Shown piece after piece: positions 1 through 9,583 of a stretch of 64,000 bases of DNA (its first letter is position 1; each line of letters starts with the position of its first letter). The stretch is from Nitrospirota bacterium. GTDB taxonomy: Bacteria; Nitrospirota; Thermodesulfovibrionia; Thermodesulfovibrionales; UBA1546. The translations under genes and the position numbers were made by a program. The stretch spans positions 13,097 through 77,096 of the forward strand of contig JACPZK010000011.1 of NCBI GenBank assembly GCA_016195565.1, written 5' to 3'. The notes beneath the pieces were generated by a model. It was not told the DNA's origin and searched no databases. It worked only from the letters and a program-made list of their open reading frames with translations.

Positions 1-124
1 TCGTGTTTAACAGGATGTTAATTGGTCTAATAATACAATAATCCTGTGAAGAATTACAAGTCATCAAGTCTATCGGTGTTATAGCTCTCATATACCTTCA
101 ATAGAAAATCCCTGTCAGAGAGCA

Positions 125-1381
125 TTAATGTGATTCTTTTACGTTGAAGACAGGGAATATCTTGGCAAATACCCAGAAAAGCACAAACGGCATGATAAAA
201 ATACTGACAGCTCCGCCCAGCCCTTCCTTAAACGTTTCCCAGTCATGCGGAATTATTGGCATATGATAGTGCATATATCCTGCGAAAGTTAAAGAGAATG
301 CCTGACCGCCGATAACGACATTATACCTCATCATGAAGACGCCGAAAAGCACGAGGATGACGCCGATGACGGCTCTTCTCAACGTGAGCCATGGCGTCAG
401 GAAGAGGATAAAGGGCACAAGGTTTCCGAGACCGTACTGTAGGATGAATATATCGGTAAAGTCCCTCCCGTAAATAACGCTTCTCAAGACATCCCATGAC
501 TTCACTGCTGTATATCCCCTGAAGATAAGGTCAAGAAGCTCAAGGCTTATGGCAAAGATCAGAAAGAACAGCAGATATTTTGCTGTCATTTTTATTACAT
601 GGATTTCGACGCTCTTTATCTCCTCCCTGGACTGATGATGCATTGCATAAGGCGCCTTGTTGCGGGACGCAAAGCGCTTTCTCAATTCCATAGTAACAAT
701 ATAAGTAAGCATACAGAGGGCAATCCCTGAAACAATTGCAGACATAATGAATATAACAGGCATGAGCGGCGTCATCCAGAGCGCATTTGCTTTAACAGAG
801 CCGAATATAAAACCTGCATAGCCGTGAAGGAAACAGGCAACAGGTATTCCTATCCCGGCAAGTATTTTTATTGCCTTTTCATCTCTTTTAAGTGACTCCT
901 CGCTTATGTCATAGACTCCGAGAGTGAGAGTGCAGAATATCACAAATTTTATCCACTCAAGCAGCGTCTTGTCTTTCTTTTCCTTAAGCGGAAGCGCTAC
1001 TTCAACAAAGTGCTTTCTGTATAAAAACCAAAGTTCAGAGGCAACAATGGCGCCGTATGAAAAAAACACGATGCCGAAAGCGGCGATGGCGGAGGTAAAA
1101 TGCGGGGTCATCATGACATTGATGCCCCTAAACGGGTGCTGGAGATGCAGAACAATGGGCATAGGCGCGGCAAAAAGAAGGGCAAAGGAAAAGACAAGCG
1201 CAAACCGTGCAATATCCTTCAGTTCCTTTATGCCGAAAACATGATAGAGGGATGAAAGGACAAAAGCCCCGGCAACGAGCCCCGTCATAAAAGGATACAT
1301 GACAATCTGAATACTCCAGTAAATATATTCATTCGGAGTGACGAACAACTCCTTTAAAGTCCAGACTTCTCCGTGAACCAT
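125..1381 (-). CDS. NrfD/PsrC-family polytopic membrane (quinone-interacting) subunit
   Basis: 418-aa multi-helix membrane ORF; last visible gene of an operon after a Tat FeS protein and two c-type cytochromes; abuts the upstream stop (1381/1384). Confidence 0.7.
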   Translation of the reverse strand: MVHGEVWTLKELFVTPNEYIYWSIQIVMYPFMTGLVAGAFVLSSLYHVFGIKELKDIARFALVFSFALLFAAPMPIVLHLQHPFRGINVMMTPHFTSAIAAFGIVFFSYGAIVASELWFLYRKHFVEVALPLKEKKDKTLLEWIKFVIFCTLTLGVYDISEESLKRDEKAIKILAGIGIPVACFLHGYAGFIFGSVKANALWMTPLMPVIFIMSAIVSGIALCMLTYIVTMELRKRFASRNKAPYAMHHQSREEIKSVEIHVIKMTAKYLLFFLIFAISLELLDLIFRGYTAVKSWDVLRSVIYGRDFTDIFILQYGLGNLVPFILFLTPWLTLRRAVIGVILVLFGVFMMRYNVVIGGQAFSLTFAGYMHYHMPIIPHDWETFKEGLGGAVSIFIMPFVLFWVFAKIFPVFNVKESH

Positions 1382-1383
1382 GG

Positions 1384-2172
1384 CTATCTTACCTCCTCAT
1401 CCAGACCTATGTAATAGACCTGCGGTTTTGTTCCGTACTCACTCTTCAACACCCCTACCCTCTCGGTCGTGATTATCCTGGTGACAGGGTCGTTCGGATC
1501 CTTTATATTCCCTATCATCCTTGCGCCAAAGGGACATGCCTGCACACAGGCTGTCTTCATCCCCTTTGTTATCCTGTGATAGCAGAAATTGCATTTCTCA
1601 GCAGTATGATGCACAGGATGAAAGAACCTGACGCCATAAGGACATGCCATAATGCAGTACCCGCATCCAATGCACCACTTCCTGTCAACGAGCACAACGC
1701 CGTCCTCTGTCTGATATGTAGCTCCGACAGGGCAGACCTGAACACAGGGAGGGTTCTCGCACTGGTTGCAGAGTTTCGGGACAAAGAAAGCCTTTTTTAT
1801 GTCCTCTTTTTTAATATCCTGATAGTTCCCTAAACCGAGATCAATCTTAGTGGTTATAAAACCATCCCGTGCGCCCTTCGGTGAATCGGCAAATAATCTT
1901 CCCTCCTTGGTCAGAACATATCTTTCAACCCATGTCCTCGTAACATTGGCATCGTAAGGAATCTCATTTTCGTTCTTGCAAGCTTTAACGCAGAGACCGC
2001 AGCCAACGCATTTGTATGTATCAACAAGGAACACCCATCTTACCTTGGACTTTTCTGATGACTTTGCTGCACGGAGCTTCCCCGGATTTATAATCTCGAT
2101 GGCTGCGAGAGGCACTGCCAATCCGGCTATACCTTTGACTGTATTCTTTAAAAATTCCCTTCTGTTTATCAT
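1384..2172 (-). CDS. Tat-exported 4x[4Fe-4S] ferredoxin-type subunit (NrfC/DsrO/HmcB-like)
   Basis: N-terminal RREFLK twin-arginine signal; Cys clusters CVGCGLCVKAC, CNQCENPPCVQVCP, CIGCGYCIMACP, CNFC..CVQACP. Confidence 0.85.
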   Translation of the reverse strand: MINRREFLKNTVKGIAGLAVPLAAIEIINPGKLRAAKSSEKSKVRWVFLVDTYKCVGCGLCVKACKNENEIPYDANVTRTWVERYVLTKEGRLFADSPKGARDGFITTKIDLGLGNYQDIKKEDIKKAFFVPKLCNQCENPPCVQVCPVGATYQTEDGVVLVDRKWCIGCGYCIMACPYGVRFFHPVHHTAEKCNFCYHRITKGMKTACVQACPFGARMIGNIKDPNDPVTRIITTERVGVLKSEYGTKPQVYYIGLDEEVR

Positions 2173-2642
2173 TTCATCCCCTCCAGAGAAGGCTTATGAG
2201 GATTGTGGCACATAACGCATTCGATATCAGGATTATGCTTCTCAGGGTCTATCCCTCTTATCTTCGCCCTTCCGCTTGTCGGATATGCCAGTGGGAAATG
2301 GCATCTGAGGCACTGCTGCATGGATCTGTCTATTGCTAACTTAGGTGGGTCTGATGGATGGTCTATTGCCGGGCCATGACAGTTTTCGCACTGTATAATT
2401 GCATGAGGCGTTTGTTTTATTAAAGAAACCTTATCGCTGTGGCAGTCCTTGCAATACTCTGAAGACCTGTATTTTACTTTAACTTCCTTCCAGAAATTCT
2501 CATTGGCTTTATTGTGCCAGCCATACATATAGCCCCTCTCATGTATGCCAAAGCTATCAGGCACGACAAATACTCTGATAACCAGCGCTAATAAAATTAT
2601 GCCGATTACAACATAAAGCGGCCGCCAAATATGACTCCTCAT
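2169..2642 (-). CDS. membrane-anchored tetrahaem c-type cytochrome
   Basis: N-terminal TM helix; four CxxCH motifs (CKDCH, CENCH, CLRCH, CVMCH). Confidence 0.8.
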   Translation of the reverse strand: MRSHIWRPLYVVIGIILLALVIRVFVVPDSFGIHERGYMYGWHNKANENFWKEVKVKYRSSEYCKDCHSDKVSLIKQTPHAIIQCENCHGPAIDHPSDPPKLAIDRSMQQCLRCHFPLAYPTSGRAKIRGIDPEKHNPDIECVMCHNPHKPSLEGMK

Positions 2643-2686
2643 TTACCGCCAGTCCTCCAAACGTCTTTATTTGTTAATCTCTGTCT

Positions 2687-3691
2687 TTATATGCCAATAA
2701 ATTTTGCCGGAGACTTATATTCATGACACTTTGTGCATTCTTTTTTCGCCTGCGCTTCGGATACTCTCCACAAATGCGGCTTATGGCAGTCTGTGCATTT
2801 CATGCTCAACGTCTTTACGTGTAGTTCATGCCTGCCGACCTGAAGCTGGTCGCTGTGACACTTTGTAAGACAGTCGCCCCAGTCAGGCCTTACTTTTTTA
2901 TGCGGTTTGTGACACTCGTAACAGTGGAACTGCATAGGAGCATCAGCAGACACCTTTATCTTTATAGCTTTTTTGATTGTTGCGGGTGACGGCTGGAAAA
3001 ACTTAACATCCATGGTTCCGTCAGCGATAAGCTCTTTTCTAATGGATTCGTCTCCATGGCAGAAAAGGCATTTCTTCCTTCCGGGCTTTAAATCCTTCGT
3101 GCGGTCTGTGTGACAGTTAAGACATGGAAGTTTTTCCATGCCTGTGCCATGAACCAGTTTATCCTTATGACATGAGATGCAGAATCTCTCCTCAGGCAAA
3201 AACTGATGTATTTTATAACCGTGACACTTAGAACATTCTATCTGCTCGGTAAACATATGTTTTGCATGGAAGCGGGAACGGTTGATTTTCTGCGCTTTAG
3301 GATACTTAGCGCTTGTCTCCCAGTGGCAGTTAACACAGAGTTTCCACGGCACAATAACCTTGCCGTGTCTCGGTTCAACTGTTTTCTGCCCTAAAACAGT
3401 AAATCTGAAAAGCTGAACAACCTGATCTTTCTTAGTGGAATGATGGCACTCATGACAGTTGACTATGTTATGTTTGCTCCTTGCCCACGCCTTGTTAGCG
3501 TCGTCATGAACATGGCAGAACATACATGCATTTGGGTCCTGCTCAAAATAAGCGTTTATTTTATATCCCACAAAACCCATCCCTATTAAAATAAATAAAA
3601 CAGACAGGACAGTAATTATTTTCGCCTTCCGCGAAAACCTCTCCAAATACCATTTAATTAACTTATCAAACAATTTGAATGGATTCAACAC
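2687..3691 (-). CDS. membrane-anchored multihaem c-type cytochrome (about 11 haem sites, NapC/NirT-like N-terminus)
   Basis: N-terminal TM helix; 10 CxxCH motifs plus one CxxxCH (CLTKCH) counted in the translation. Confidence 0.8.
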   Translation of the reverse strand: MLNPFKLFDKLIKWYLERFSRKAKIITVLSVLFILIGMGFVGYKINAYFEQDPNACMFCHVHDDANKAWARSKHNIVNCHECHHSTKKDQVVQLFRFTVLGQKTVEPRHGKVIVPWKLCVNCHWETSAKYPKAQKINRSRFHAKHMFTEQIECSKCHGYKIHQFLPEERFCISCHKDKLVHGTGMEKLPCLNCHTDRTKDLKPGRKKCLFCHGDESIRKELIADGTMDVKFFQPSPATIKKAIKIKVSADAPMQFHCYECHKPHKKVRPDWGDCLTKCHSDQLQVGRHELHVKTLSMKCTDCHKPHLWRVSEAQAKKECTKCHEYKSPAKFIGI

Positions 3692-3824
3692 CCAAAAAAA
3701 AACCTCCGCTCTACATAGGATATTAAATTTTTTACAGCTTAAAGGCTTTTAAACTTAACACAAGAAATGCACAAATGTCAAAAGATGGAAAGGGGGAATA
3801 AATTATGGTAGCATTGGTATAAAT

Positions 3825-5441
3825 ATGAGAGATTATCCGTCAGAATACAAAAATTTTTCCCTCTCAGCGCCTGAAAAGTTTTCTTTTCCGCTTGACGTCT
3901 TTGATAAATGGGAAAACAGGCCGGCGCTTTACTGGACAGACGGCGTTAATGACAGAACACTTTCATTCGCTGAATTAAAACTCCTCTCATCAAAAGGCGC
4001 AGGCGCTCTCAAAAACAGGAGAATTGTAAAGGGCGATAAAGTCCTTGTTATGCTCCCCGGCATTCCGGAGTGGTGGGAGATAATGCTCGCGCTTATGAGG
4101 ATAAACGCCATTCCGATACCTGCCACAACCCTGCTGACATCTAAGGACATAGAATACAGGCTTGCATCAGCAGACATAAAGGCAATCATCGCATCAGATG
4201 AAGATGCAGACAAAGTGGAAATCGCTGTAAATAAATCCTCTGCGCAACCCTCTCTTATCATTATTGGCGAAAGACAGAACTGGCATAACTACATAGAAGA
4301 AAGAAACAGCGCAGACGCCTTTGAAGGCGAGAGGGCGTTTTCATCAGAGCCTGCATTAATCTATTTCACATCAGGCACAACAGGCCCGCCGAAAATGGCG
4401 CTCCATACGCAGGCATCCTACCCTTTCGCACACCTGATAACAGGAAAGTACTGGCTTGACCTTAAGCCCGGCGATATCCACTGGAATCTCTCAGACCCCG
4501 GATGGGCAAAGGCGGCGTGGTCCAGCCTGTTTGGCCCGTGGCATATGGGAGCGGTAATATTTTCATTTTACAGAAAGGGGAAATTTGATCCTTCACTGAC
4601 AATGGAAATCCTGCAGAAATACCCTATAACAACATTCTGCGGGCCTCCGACAGCTTACAGGATAATTGTTAAAGAGATTCAATCCCGAAACTTATTCGGG
4701 ACAAAATTCAAGTTTAAATCTGCCCGGCATTTCGTTGCAGCCGGTGAGCCTCTTAACAAAGAGATAATTGGGATATGGAAAGAGAGAACAGGGCTGTATA
4801 TTTATGACGGTTACGGGCAGACAGAGACAGTGAATATTCTGGCAAATTTCAGATGTCTTCCAGTAAAGCCGGGTTCGATGGGAGTGCCGGTCCCTGGATT
4901 TTCTGTTGATATTATTGATGACAGCGGAAATCCGACTTCTTTAAATACCGAGGGCGATATAGCAATAAAAATAAAGCCTGAAAGGCCTGTAGGATTATTC
5001 AGGGAATATCTCGGAAACCCTGAGGCGACAGCTAAAACAGTAAGGGGCCAATGGTATATAACAGGCGACAGGGCCTATAAAGACAAAGACGGATACTTCT
5101 GGTTTGTCGGCAGGTCGGATGATGTTATACTCGCATCAGGATACAGGATAGGGCCTTTTGAGATAGAGAGCATCCTGATAGAACATCCTGCTGTAAAGGA
5201 ATCTGCGGTTGTTGCAAGCCCTGACAAAATAAGGGGCGAGGTTGTGAAAGCATTTATCGTCTTAACGCAGGGATTCAGCCCCTCGGATGCCCTCATAAAA
5301 GAACTACAGGAATTTGTGAAGAACCGCACAGCGCCGTATAAGTATCCGCGCAAGATTGAATTCGTTGAGGACCTGCCTAAAACCATAAGTGGAAAAATAA
5401 AGAGAAAAGAACTGAAAATGAAAGAATTCGGAAGGATTTAA
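3825..5441 (+). CDS. AMP-forming acyl-CoA synthetase/ligase
   Basis: YFTSGTTGPPK AMP-binding motif, DGYGQTE, C-terminal SGKIKRKEL. Confidence 0.85.
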   Translation: MRDYPSEYKNFSLSAPEKFSFPLDVFDKWENRPALYWTDGVNDRTLSFAELKLLSSKGAGALKNRRIVKGDKVLVMLPGIPEWWEIMLALMRINAIPIPATTLLTSKDIEYRLASADIKAIIASDEDADKVEIAVNKSSAQPSLIIIGERQNWHNYIEERNSADAFEGERAFSSEPALIYFTSGTTGPPKMALHTQASYPFAHLITGKYWLDLKPGDIHWNLSDPGWAKAAWSSLFGPWHMGAVIFSFYRKGKFDPSLTMEILQKYPITTFCGPPTAYRIIVKEIQSRNLFGTKFKFKSARHFVAAGEPLNKEIIGIWKERTGLYIYDGYGQTETVNILANFRCLPVKPGSMGVPVPGFSVDIIDDSGNPTSLNTEGDIAIKIKPERPVGLFREYLGNPEATAKTVRGQWYITGDRAYKDKDGYFWFVGRSDDVILASGYRIGPFEIESILIEHPAVKESAVVASPDKIRGEVVKAFIVLTQGFSPSDALIKELQEFVKNRTAPYKYPRKIEFVEDLPKTISGKIKRKELKMKEFGRI

Positions 5442-5483
5442 ACCCAAATCCCGATATAGGCTTTTCAATACCTTGTTTTGTCT

Positions 5484-5563
5484 GTCATTGCGAGTCCCGA
5501 TAAAATCGGGGCGTGGCAATCTTATCGTCAAAGGCGAGATTGCTTCGCTTCACTCGCAATGAC
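5484..5563. repeat. type-A palindromic REP-like element (GTCATTGCGAG ... GGCAATCT ... AGATTGCTTCG ... CTCGCAATGAC)
   Basis: terminal inverted repeats gtcattgcgag/ctcgcaatgac plus inner pair ggcaatct/agattgc; same family at 7 other loci. Confidence 0.85.
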
Positions 5564-5677
5564 AATTTTCTAAATCGGGATTTGACTTAAATTTTCCTCT
5601 TCCAAAATCATTGTAAATGTGATAGCATTAAAAATACTTTTCCTGCTTAATTCAAAACCCGGAGGGCTTTACATTTA

Positions 5678-6709
5678 ATGAATGGACTTACCTACAAAAA
5701 GGCCGGTGTTGATATTGATGAGGGAGACAGATTTATAAGCCTGATTTCTCCCTTGGCAAAAAAGACATTCAGGCCCGAGGTCATTACAAACATCGGCTCC
5801 TTCAATGCGCTCTTTAAACTTGACACTGATAAATACAAACAGCCCGTGCTTGTCAGCGGCACAGACGGTGTTGGAACAAAGCTGAAGATAGCGTTCATGA
5901 CGGACAAACACGACACAGTCGGTATTGACCTTGTTGCCATGTGCGTCAACGACATCCTTACAAGCGGCTCAGAGCCTTTGTTCTTCCTTGATTATTTTGC
6001 AACAGGCAAACTTAAACCTGAAAAAGCAGCAGAGGTCATCAAGGGGATAGCTGAAGGATGTAAACAGGCAGGCTGCTCTTTAATAGGCGGAGAGACTGCT
6101 GAGATGCCGGGATTCTACCCTGAAGGCGAATATGACCTTGCAGGCTTTGCTGTCGGAGTGGTTGATAAGGATAAAATAATAAACGGCTCTGATATAAAGG
6201 AGGGCGATGTTCTCATAGGGCTTGCGTCAAGCGGGCTTCACAGCAATGGATATTCCCTTGTAAGAAAACTGTTTTTTGACGTAAAGAAAATGGATGCTGA
6301 TACTTACATCTCAGAACTCGGAACCTCTCTTGGGGAAGAACTCCTTAAACCGACAAAAATTTATGTGAAGGCATTTAACACTATCAAAGATAAAATCTTG
6401 GTAAAAGGCATGGCTCACATTACAGGCGGAGGCATTTCAGGGAATCTGCCGAGGATATTCCCTGAGGGAGTAAGCGCCGTCATCAATGAACGCTCATGGA
6501 GTCCCCCCCCTATATTTCACATTATAAAAGAGATGGGCCAAGTGCCCCTTGACGACATGAGGATGACTTTTAATATGGGAATAGGGTATATTATTGCCAT
6601 CCCCGAGGCTGAATCAAAGAAGGCAATATCTATTTTAAATGCGGCTGGGGTTGCTTCTTTTGTGATAGGCAATATTGAGAAAGGAGGTCAAGGCGTAAGC
6701 TATGCATAA
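5678..6709 (+). CDS. purM: phosphoribosylformylglycinamidine cyclo-ligase (AIR synthetase)
   Basis: full-length PurM-like translation incl. SGTDGVGTKL motif. Confidence 0.95.
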   Translation: MNGLTYKKAGVDIDEGDRFISLISPLAKKTFRPEVITNIGSFNALFKLDTDKYKQPVLVSGTDGVGTKLKIAFMTDKHDTVGIDLVAMCVNDILTSGSEPLFFLDYFATGKLKPEKAAEVIKGIAEGCKQAGCSLIGGETAEMPGFYPEGEYDLAGFAVGVVDKDKIINGSDIKEGDVLIGLASSGLHSNGYSLVRKLFFDVKKMDADTYISELGTSLGEELLKPTKIYVKAFNTIKDKILVKGMAHITGGGISGNLPRIFPEGVSAVINERSWSPPPIFHIIKEMGQVPLDDMRMTFNMGIGYIIAIPEAESKKAISILNAAGVASFVIGNIEKGGQGVSYA

Positions 6710-7538
6710 GATAAGAATTTTACTTAAAAAGGCGTTTACTCCTTTAACTATAATGGTAATACCTCACAGCAGCAGAAAACCGTTCAATCTCAAGATACCT
6801 TCTATAGGCATATTCATTTCAATACTCCTCTGGCTCATTGGAACAGGATATGTCTTTTCAATAGCTATTGATACGCTTGAATATTACAGGATGCAGGATA
6901 AGCTCCAATACTATTCCGGCCAGTTTATGGAAATGAAGTCAACAATGTCAGCGCTTCAAAAGGCGGAGGCTGAGTTCAGAAAACTCTTTTCTCTGAAGTC
7001 CAAAGAGAAGGTCCTTGAAAACGTGGATACATCAGACAGCGGCGCAATTGACATGGAGGCTCTGAAACAGCAAATTAAAAAAACCGTTGAAGACGTTGGT
7101 GATATAAGAGATTATCTGAGCCAGCAAAGAGACCTCTTCATGGCAACACCCAAAGGCTGGCCTCTCATAGGGAATGTAACTTCATCCTATGGCAAAAGAA
7201 AACATCCTATAACCGGCGAAGAAGATTTTCACAACGGAATAGATATAAGCGCAGCTCCGGGCAATCCTGTTACAGCCACTGCTGACGGCATAGTGAGTTT
7301 TTCCGGATGGAACGGCGGCAGCGGCAATCTTGTGGTTGTTGAGCACGGTTTTGGATATTCAACGTTTTATGCTCATAACAAGATGACTGCGGTTAAGGTA
7401 GGCCAGCGTGTAAAGAAGGGAGAGGTCGTATCCTATGTCGGCTCGACAGGAAATACAACAGGGCCCCATCTTCATTACGAGGTATGGAAAAACGGCAGCC
7501 CTGTTAATCCTAAATCTTTTATCGAAGGGAGGAGTTAA
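6702..7538 (+). CDS. M23/LytM-family metallopeptidase, membrane anchored
   Basis: HNGIDI and GSTGNTTGPHLHYEV motifs; N-terminal TM; coiled-coil linker. Confidence 0.85.
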   Translation: MHKIRILLKKAFTPLTIMVIPHSSRKPFNLKIPSIGIFISILLWLIGTGYVFSIAIDTLEYYRMQDKLQYYSGQFMEMKSTMSALQKAEAEFRKLFSLKSKEKVLENVDTSDSGAIDMEALKQQIKKTVEDVGDIRDYLSQQRDLFMATPKGWPLIGNVTSSYGKRKHPITGEEDFHNGIDISAAPGNPVTATADGIVSFSGWNGGSGNLVVVEHGFGYSTFYAHNKMTAVKVGQRVKKGEVVSYVGSTGNTTGPHLHYEVWKNGSPVNPKSFIEGRS

Positions 7539-7541
7539 CAA

Positions 7542-7937
7542 ATGGGTTCAATTAATTCAATGTTTTCAAAAAACACAGAAAAGCTCGAATCATTTATCGG
7601 CATCAACAGCCACTTTAAAGGCGATATAAAAACACAGGGGACCCTGCGGGTTGACGGCACAGTTGAAGGCAATATTGAAACTGACTGGCTCATACTTGGA
7701 GAAACATCGCATCTTAAGGGCGATGCTACATCGAGAGGCATTATTGTCGGAGGCAGGGTTGACGGCAATCTAACCGCCAGAGAAATTATAGAGATTAAAA
7801 CTAAGGGACAGGTTACAGGCGAGCTTGCGACAAACAAACTCAACATTGCAGAAGGCGCAATGTTTGACGGCCGTTCTTCAATGCTCAGGGAAGAATCAAA
7901 CGTGATTGAACTGCAGGCCAAGGAAAAGGCGTCTTAG
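7542..7937 (+). CDS. bactofilin (polymer-forming cytoskeletal protein)
   Basis: repetitive beta-helix pattern G.I.T.G.L.V.G.V.GNI...; adjacent to the M23 peptidase as in known bactofilin loci. Confidence 0.8.
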   Translation: MGSINSMFSKNTEKLESFIGINSHFKGDIKTQGTLRVDGTVEGNIETDWLILGETSHLKGDATSRGIIVGGRVDGNLTAREIIEIKTKGQVTGELATNKLNIAEGAMFDGRSSMLREESNVIELQAKEKAS

Positions 7938-8897
7938 GGATTTTATTCTGCTATTCAGGAACCATCTCCTTACAACGAATTTTTCTCCTTTGCCAGCGCC
8001 CTTATAATCATTGGCAGGCTGCATTATTTCGCTGACAGCCCTGACTGCGCTTAGCAGATTTTTGACATGCACCCCTCGTGAGATAGCGCTCTCAATCACC
8101 TCTCTGCTGTTAAGGACTATTAACACATGCCTTTTATATACAATAATATCCAGCGGCTTGAGCTTCTTTGCTATTTCATCAGGAGACAGTCCTTTTACAT
8201 CAACAGGCCTCCCGAAAGAAAAAAGGGAATCTGTATTGCGGGGGGTATAGCCTCCGGTTGCTTCATAAAGAAGCCCTGAACAATCAACGCCTTTCAAGGT
8301 CCACCTCTTCAATACGTCATCGGGCAGGGTCCCTGACGGTTTATAAAACTCAAGCATCTCAGGAATTCCTTTTGAATAGTTGCCTCCCCACACATATATA
8401 GCGCCATCAGCAGAAAGCAATCTCTTTATTATCGTGTTTTTGTCAGGAAGTTTCCTTCGGCGCTCCTGCGGTTTTTCAAGCCTCTTCTCAACAAACCGGC
8501 TGTCTATATAGTAGCCGCTCACTGCATGATGCGGATAATCCTTTGTGCTTACTTTGAGTATCTCACGGCGGCCCTTTATAATTTCCTCTTCTATAATAAA
8601 GACTGTATGCGGCATGGCAATAAATTCAACCTCTTCTATGAGATTTTTTGCGGTGAGCTTTAAGGTCCTTCCGTCACTGCCTCCGAATACGGAACTGAAA
8701 TCAGGCGTGTTCAAAACAGGAGTCGGCAGAACTGCAACAGCGTAGCGCAAATCTTTCTTTTGCAGGGGCTGCTTATCATCGACTTTTCCATCACACGCTG
8801 CAAATAAAAAAAGCATTACAATTAATAGGTCAACAATGCATTGGCATAAAAAGGACGGGGTATAGTATTTGAGCGGTTTTATTTTGCCGATATTCAT
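7896..8897 (-). CDS. NlpC/P60-family (C40) cell-wall hydrolase lipoprotein
   Basis: GVDCSGLLYEA catalytic-Cys motif; start moved to MNIGK.. giving a lipobox-like LFLFAAC; the longest ORF (to 8930) is probably over-extended. Confidence 0.6.
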   Translation of the reverse strand: MNIGKIKPLKYYTPSFLCQCIVDLLIVMLFLFAACDGKVDDKQPLQKKDLRYAVAVLPTPVLNTPDFSSVFGGSDGRTLKLTAKNLIEEVEFIAMPHTVFIIEEEIIKGRREILKVSTKDYPHHAVSGYYIDSRFVEKRLEKPQERRRKLPDKNTIIKRLLSADGAIYVWGGNYSKGIPEMLEFYKPSGTLPDDVLKRWTLKGVDCSGLLYEATGGYTPRNTDSLFSFGRPVDVKGLSPDEIAKKLKPLDIIVYKRHVLIVLNSREVIESAISRGVHVKNLLSAVRAVSEIMQPANDYKGAGKGEKFVVRRWFLNSRIKSLRRLFLGLQFNHV

Positions 8898-8999
8898 ATA
8901 GTAAATTATATCAGATAAATAAAGAGGCAAAATACCTCGGAGTCCCGATTTTATCGGGGCGAGAATGAGCGAAAGTGCTATACCCCGTCCTTTAAAACC

Positions 9000-9314
9000 T
9001 TATTCTGTAACCTCTTTCAGCCACTTCAGATAATCCTCCGACCCTTCAACAATCGGCAGGGCAATAATCTCCGGCACAGAGTAACTGTGCAGTTCCCTTA
9101 CTTTTTGAGAAAGGCTGTTAAAAAGTTTCTTCTGCGTTTTAACAATCATCAGGACTTCTGATTCATCCTCTACCTGGCCCTGCCAGCTATATATGGACCT
9201 TAAATTCCTTACTATATTTACACAAGCTGCAAGCCTTCCTTCAACAAGCGCCCTTGCGATATTTGCTGCCTCATCCTCATTAGAAACAGTTATGAAGACC
9301 ACTATGTTTTCCAT
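9000..9314 (-). CDS. cutA: divalent-cation tolerance protein CutA
   Basis: 104-aa CutA1-like translation (RLAACVNI..., SIYSWQG..., YSVPEI). Confidence 0.85.
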   Translation of the reverse strand: MENIVVFITVSNEDEAANIARALVEGRLAACVNIVRNLRSIYSWQGQVEDESEVLMIVKTQKKLFNSLSQKVRELHSYSVPEIIALPIVEGSEDYLKWLKEVTE

Positions 9315-9450
9315 GAATTCCCTTTCATTATCGGGGACAGTCCCTACGTTACTTAATCCGTGCCCCTTAAACTATAACATCTTAAGGCCCCATGCTTCCA
9401 ATAGTTAACGCCTTTAAACAAAAAAATCAAATTGAGACTGCTGAAAAGGT

Positions 9451-9504
9451 GTCATTGTGAGCGAAGGCCCCTCGCCTGTCATTGCGAGGCGCAGCCGAAG
9501 CAAG
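9451..9504. repeat. type-A repeat, partial (two tandem GTCATTG[T/C]GAG heads)
   Basis: gtcattgtgagcgaagg...gtcattgcgaggcgcagccgaagc. Confidence 0.7.
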
Positions 9505-9545
9505 CTTAAAGCAAGCTCGGGTATAGAATAAAAGCTCTTGCCCTT

Positions 9546-9574
9546 TTGTCAAATTTAACTGCTTGTGATAAAAT
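9546..9574 (+). promoter_or_regulatory. candidate sigma70 promoter of the minor-pilin operon
   Basis: TTGTCA (9546-9551), 17-nt spacer, TAAAAT (9569-9574) preceded by TGa; the ATG at 9584 lies only 9 nt downstream, so the transcript may be near-leaderless. Confidence 0.35.
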
Positions 9575-9583
9575 CTAAACATA

